Source: a phage. Taken from it: a DNA stretch of 64,000 bases. The notes beneath the pieces are model-generated. The model searched no databases and had not been told where the DNA came from. It was given only the letters and a program-made list of their open reading frames with translations. Location: the sequence record PZ445521.1. One strand, given 5' to 3'. Positions within the stretch are counted from its first letter, which is position 1, and each line of letters begins with the position of its first letter. The position numbers and the translations under genes were made by a program. This document shows, piece after piece, positions 62,513 through 64,000 of the stretch.

Positions 62513-63171
62513 TGAGTTTACTTAATAATAAAGCGGGAGTTATTTCCCGCTTAGCCGATTTTCTTGGTTTTAGACCTAAAGCTGGTAATATAGATGTAAT
62601 GAATCGTCAATCAGTTGGGTCAGTGACAATTTCTCAATTAGCGAAAGGTTTTTATGAACCAAACGTAGAATCAGCTATTAATGATGTTCATAATTTTTCT
62701 ATAAAAGACATTGGTACAATTATTACTAATAAAACTGGTGTTTCTCCTGAGGGTGTTTCTCAAACTGATTATTGGGCATTTTCTGGAACTGTAACAGACG
62801 ATTCTCTTCCTCCGGGTTCTCCTGTTACAGTATTAGTATTTGGTCTTCCAGTTTCAGCAACAACTGGAATGACGGCAATTGAGTTTGTTGCAAAAGTTCG
62901 TGTTGCCCTTCAAGAAGCTATTGCGTCATTTACTGCTATCAACTCATATAAAGACCATCCGACAGATGGTAGTAAATTAGAAGTTACTTATTTAGATAAT
63001 CAAAAACATGTATTAAGCACATATTCTACATATGGAATAACTATTTCACAGGAAATTATTTCTGAATCTAAACCTGGCTATGGTACATGGAATTTATTAG
63101 GCGCACAAACTGTAACTTTAGATAATCAGCAGACTCCTACAGTACTTTATCATTTTGAGAGAACAGCATGA
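62512..63171 (+). CDS. 11: baseplate / short tail fiber attachment protein gp11
   Basis: track ORF trimmed to [10 protein letters not shown]... (219 aa as T4 gp11); TAATG overlap with gp10. Confidence 0.9.
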   Translation: MSLLNNKAGVISRLADFLGFRPKAGNIDVMNRQSVGSVTISQLAKGFYEPNVESAINDVHNFSIKDIGTIITNKTGVSPEGVSQTDYWAFSGTVTDDSLPPGSPVTVLVFGLPVSATTGMTAIEFVAKVRVALQEAIASFTAINSYKDHPTDGSKLEVTYLDNQKHVLSTYSTYGITISQEIISESKPGYGTWNLLGAQTVTLDNQQTPTVLYHFERTA

Positions 63172-64000
63172 GTAATAATACATATCAACACGTTTCTAAT
63201 GAATCTCGTTATGTAAAATTTGATCCAACTGGTACAAATTTTCCGGAAGAGATTACTGATGTTCAGGCTGCTATAGCAGCCATTTCTCCTGCTGGCGTAA
63301 ATGGAGTTCCTGATGCATCGTCAACAACAAAGGGAATTTTATTTCTTGCCACTGAACAGGAAGTTATAGATGGAACTAATAATACCAAAGCAGTTACACC
63401 AGCAACGTTGGCAACAAGATTATCATATCCAAATGCTACCGAAGAAGTTTATGGACTTACACGTTATTCAACAGACGATGAAGCTGTAGCTGGTGTTAAT
63501 AATGAATCATCTATAACTCCGGCTAAATTTACTACAGCAATTAATCACATTTTTGATACACGAATTTCTTCTGAAAGTTCACTTGGCGTTATTAAGTTAT
63601 CATCTCTACCGCAAGCATTAGCTGGTGCAGATGATACTACTGCAATGACTCCATTAAAAACGCAGCAGTTAGCTATTAAATTAATTGCGCAAATTGCTCC
63701 TTCTGAAACCACAGCTACCGAATCGGACCAAGGTGTTGTTCAATTAGCAACAGTAGCGCAGGTTCGTCAGGGAACTTTAAGAGAAGGCTATGCAATTTCT
63801 CCTTATACGTTTATGAATTCATCTGCTACTGAAGAATATAAAGGCGTAATTAAATTAGGAACACAATCAGAAGTTAACTCGAATAATGCTTCTGTTGCTG
63901 TTACTGGTGCAACTCTTAATGGTCGTGGTTCTACAACGTCAATGAGAGGCGTAGTTAAATTAACTACAACTGCCGGCTCACAGAGTGGAGGTGATGCTTC
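63168..64000 (+). CDS. 12: short tail fiber gp12, N-terminal part (truncated by window end)
   Basis: ATGA overlap with gp11; [22 protein letters not shown]... as T4 gp12; not in ORF track because no stop in window. Confidence 0.9.
   Translation, partial: MSNNTYQHVSNESRYVKFDPTGTNFPEEITDVQAAIAAISPAGVNGVPDASSTTKGILFLATEQEVIDGTNNTKAVTPATLATRLSYPNATEEVYGLTRYSTDDEAVAGVNNESSITPAKFTTAINHIFDTRISSESSLGVIKLSSLPQALAGADDTTAMTPLKTQQLAIKLIAQIAPSETTATESDQGVVQLATVAQVRQGTLREGYAISPYTFMNSSATEEYKGVIKLGTQSEVNSNNASVAVTGATLNGRGSTTSMRGVVKLTTTAGSQSGGDA

Overview
This window is a T4-like (Tequatrovirus-type) myovirus genome segment running from the gene 43 DNA polymerase to the 5' part of gene 12. It is a close relative of T4 but not T4 itself: the lysozyme e, alpha-glucosyltransferase and nrdD products look near-identical to T4 from memory, with a few substitutions and no nrdD intron. 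All calls rest on reading the sequence and ORF track plus recalled T4 gene order and lengths; no database search was possible, so T4 comparisons are from memory and tRNA ends are good to about 2 nt. Positions 1-50519 are almost entirely minus-strand early/middle genes: replication (43, regA, 62, 44, 45, 46, 47), a-gt, late sigma gp55, anaerobic RNR nrdH/G/D, endo VII, nrdC, a hypervariable accessory block, rI, tk, regB, denV, internal proteins, lysozyme e, an 11-tRNA cluster, ipI, 57B/57A, gene 1 and genes 3/2/4. Positions 50567-64000 are plus-strand late baseplate genes (53, 5, 5.1, 5.4, 6-12). Regulatory structure is T4-typical: repeated early promoters (GTTTACA, 17-18 bp, TAtaAT), late promoters (TATAAATA) and UUCG-tetraloop hairpins. 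The ORF track accepts TTG/GTG starts, so several starts were trimmed to an internal ATG with a Shine-Dalgarno. The most interesting candidates are a TARG1/DarG-like macrodomain protein, a nucleotidyltransferase-fold protein clustered with a membrane protein and a P-loop ATPase, several internal-protein-like cassettes, tRNA-Tyr/Asn/His beyond the canonical T4 set, a PspA-like protein, and two paralogous gene arrays. None could be confirmed as novel.
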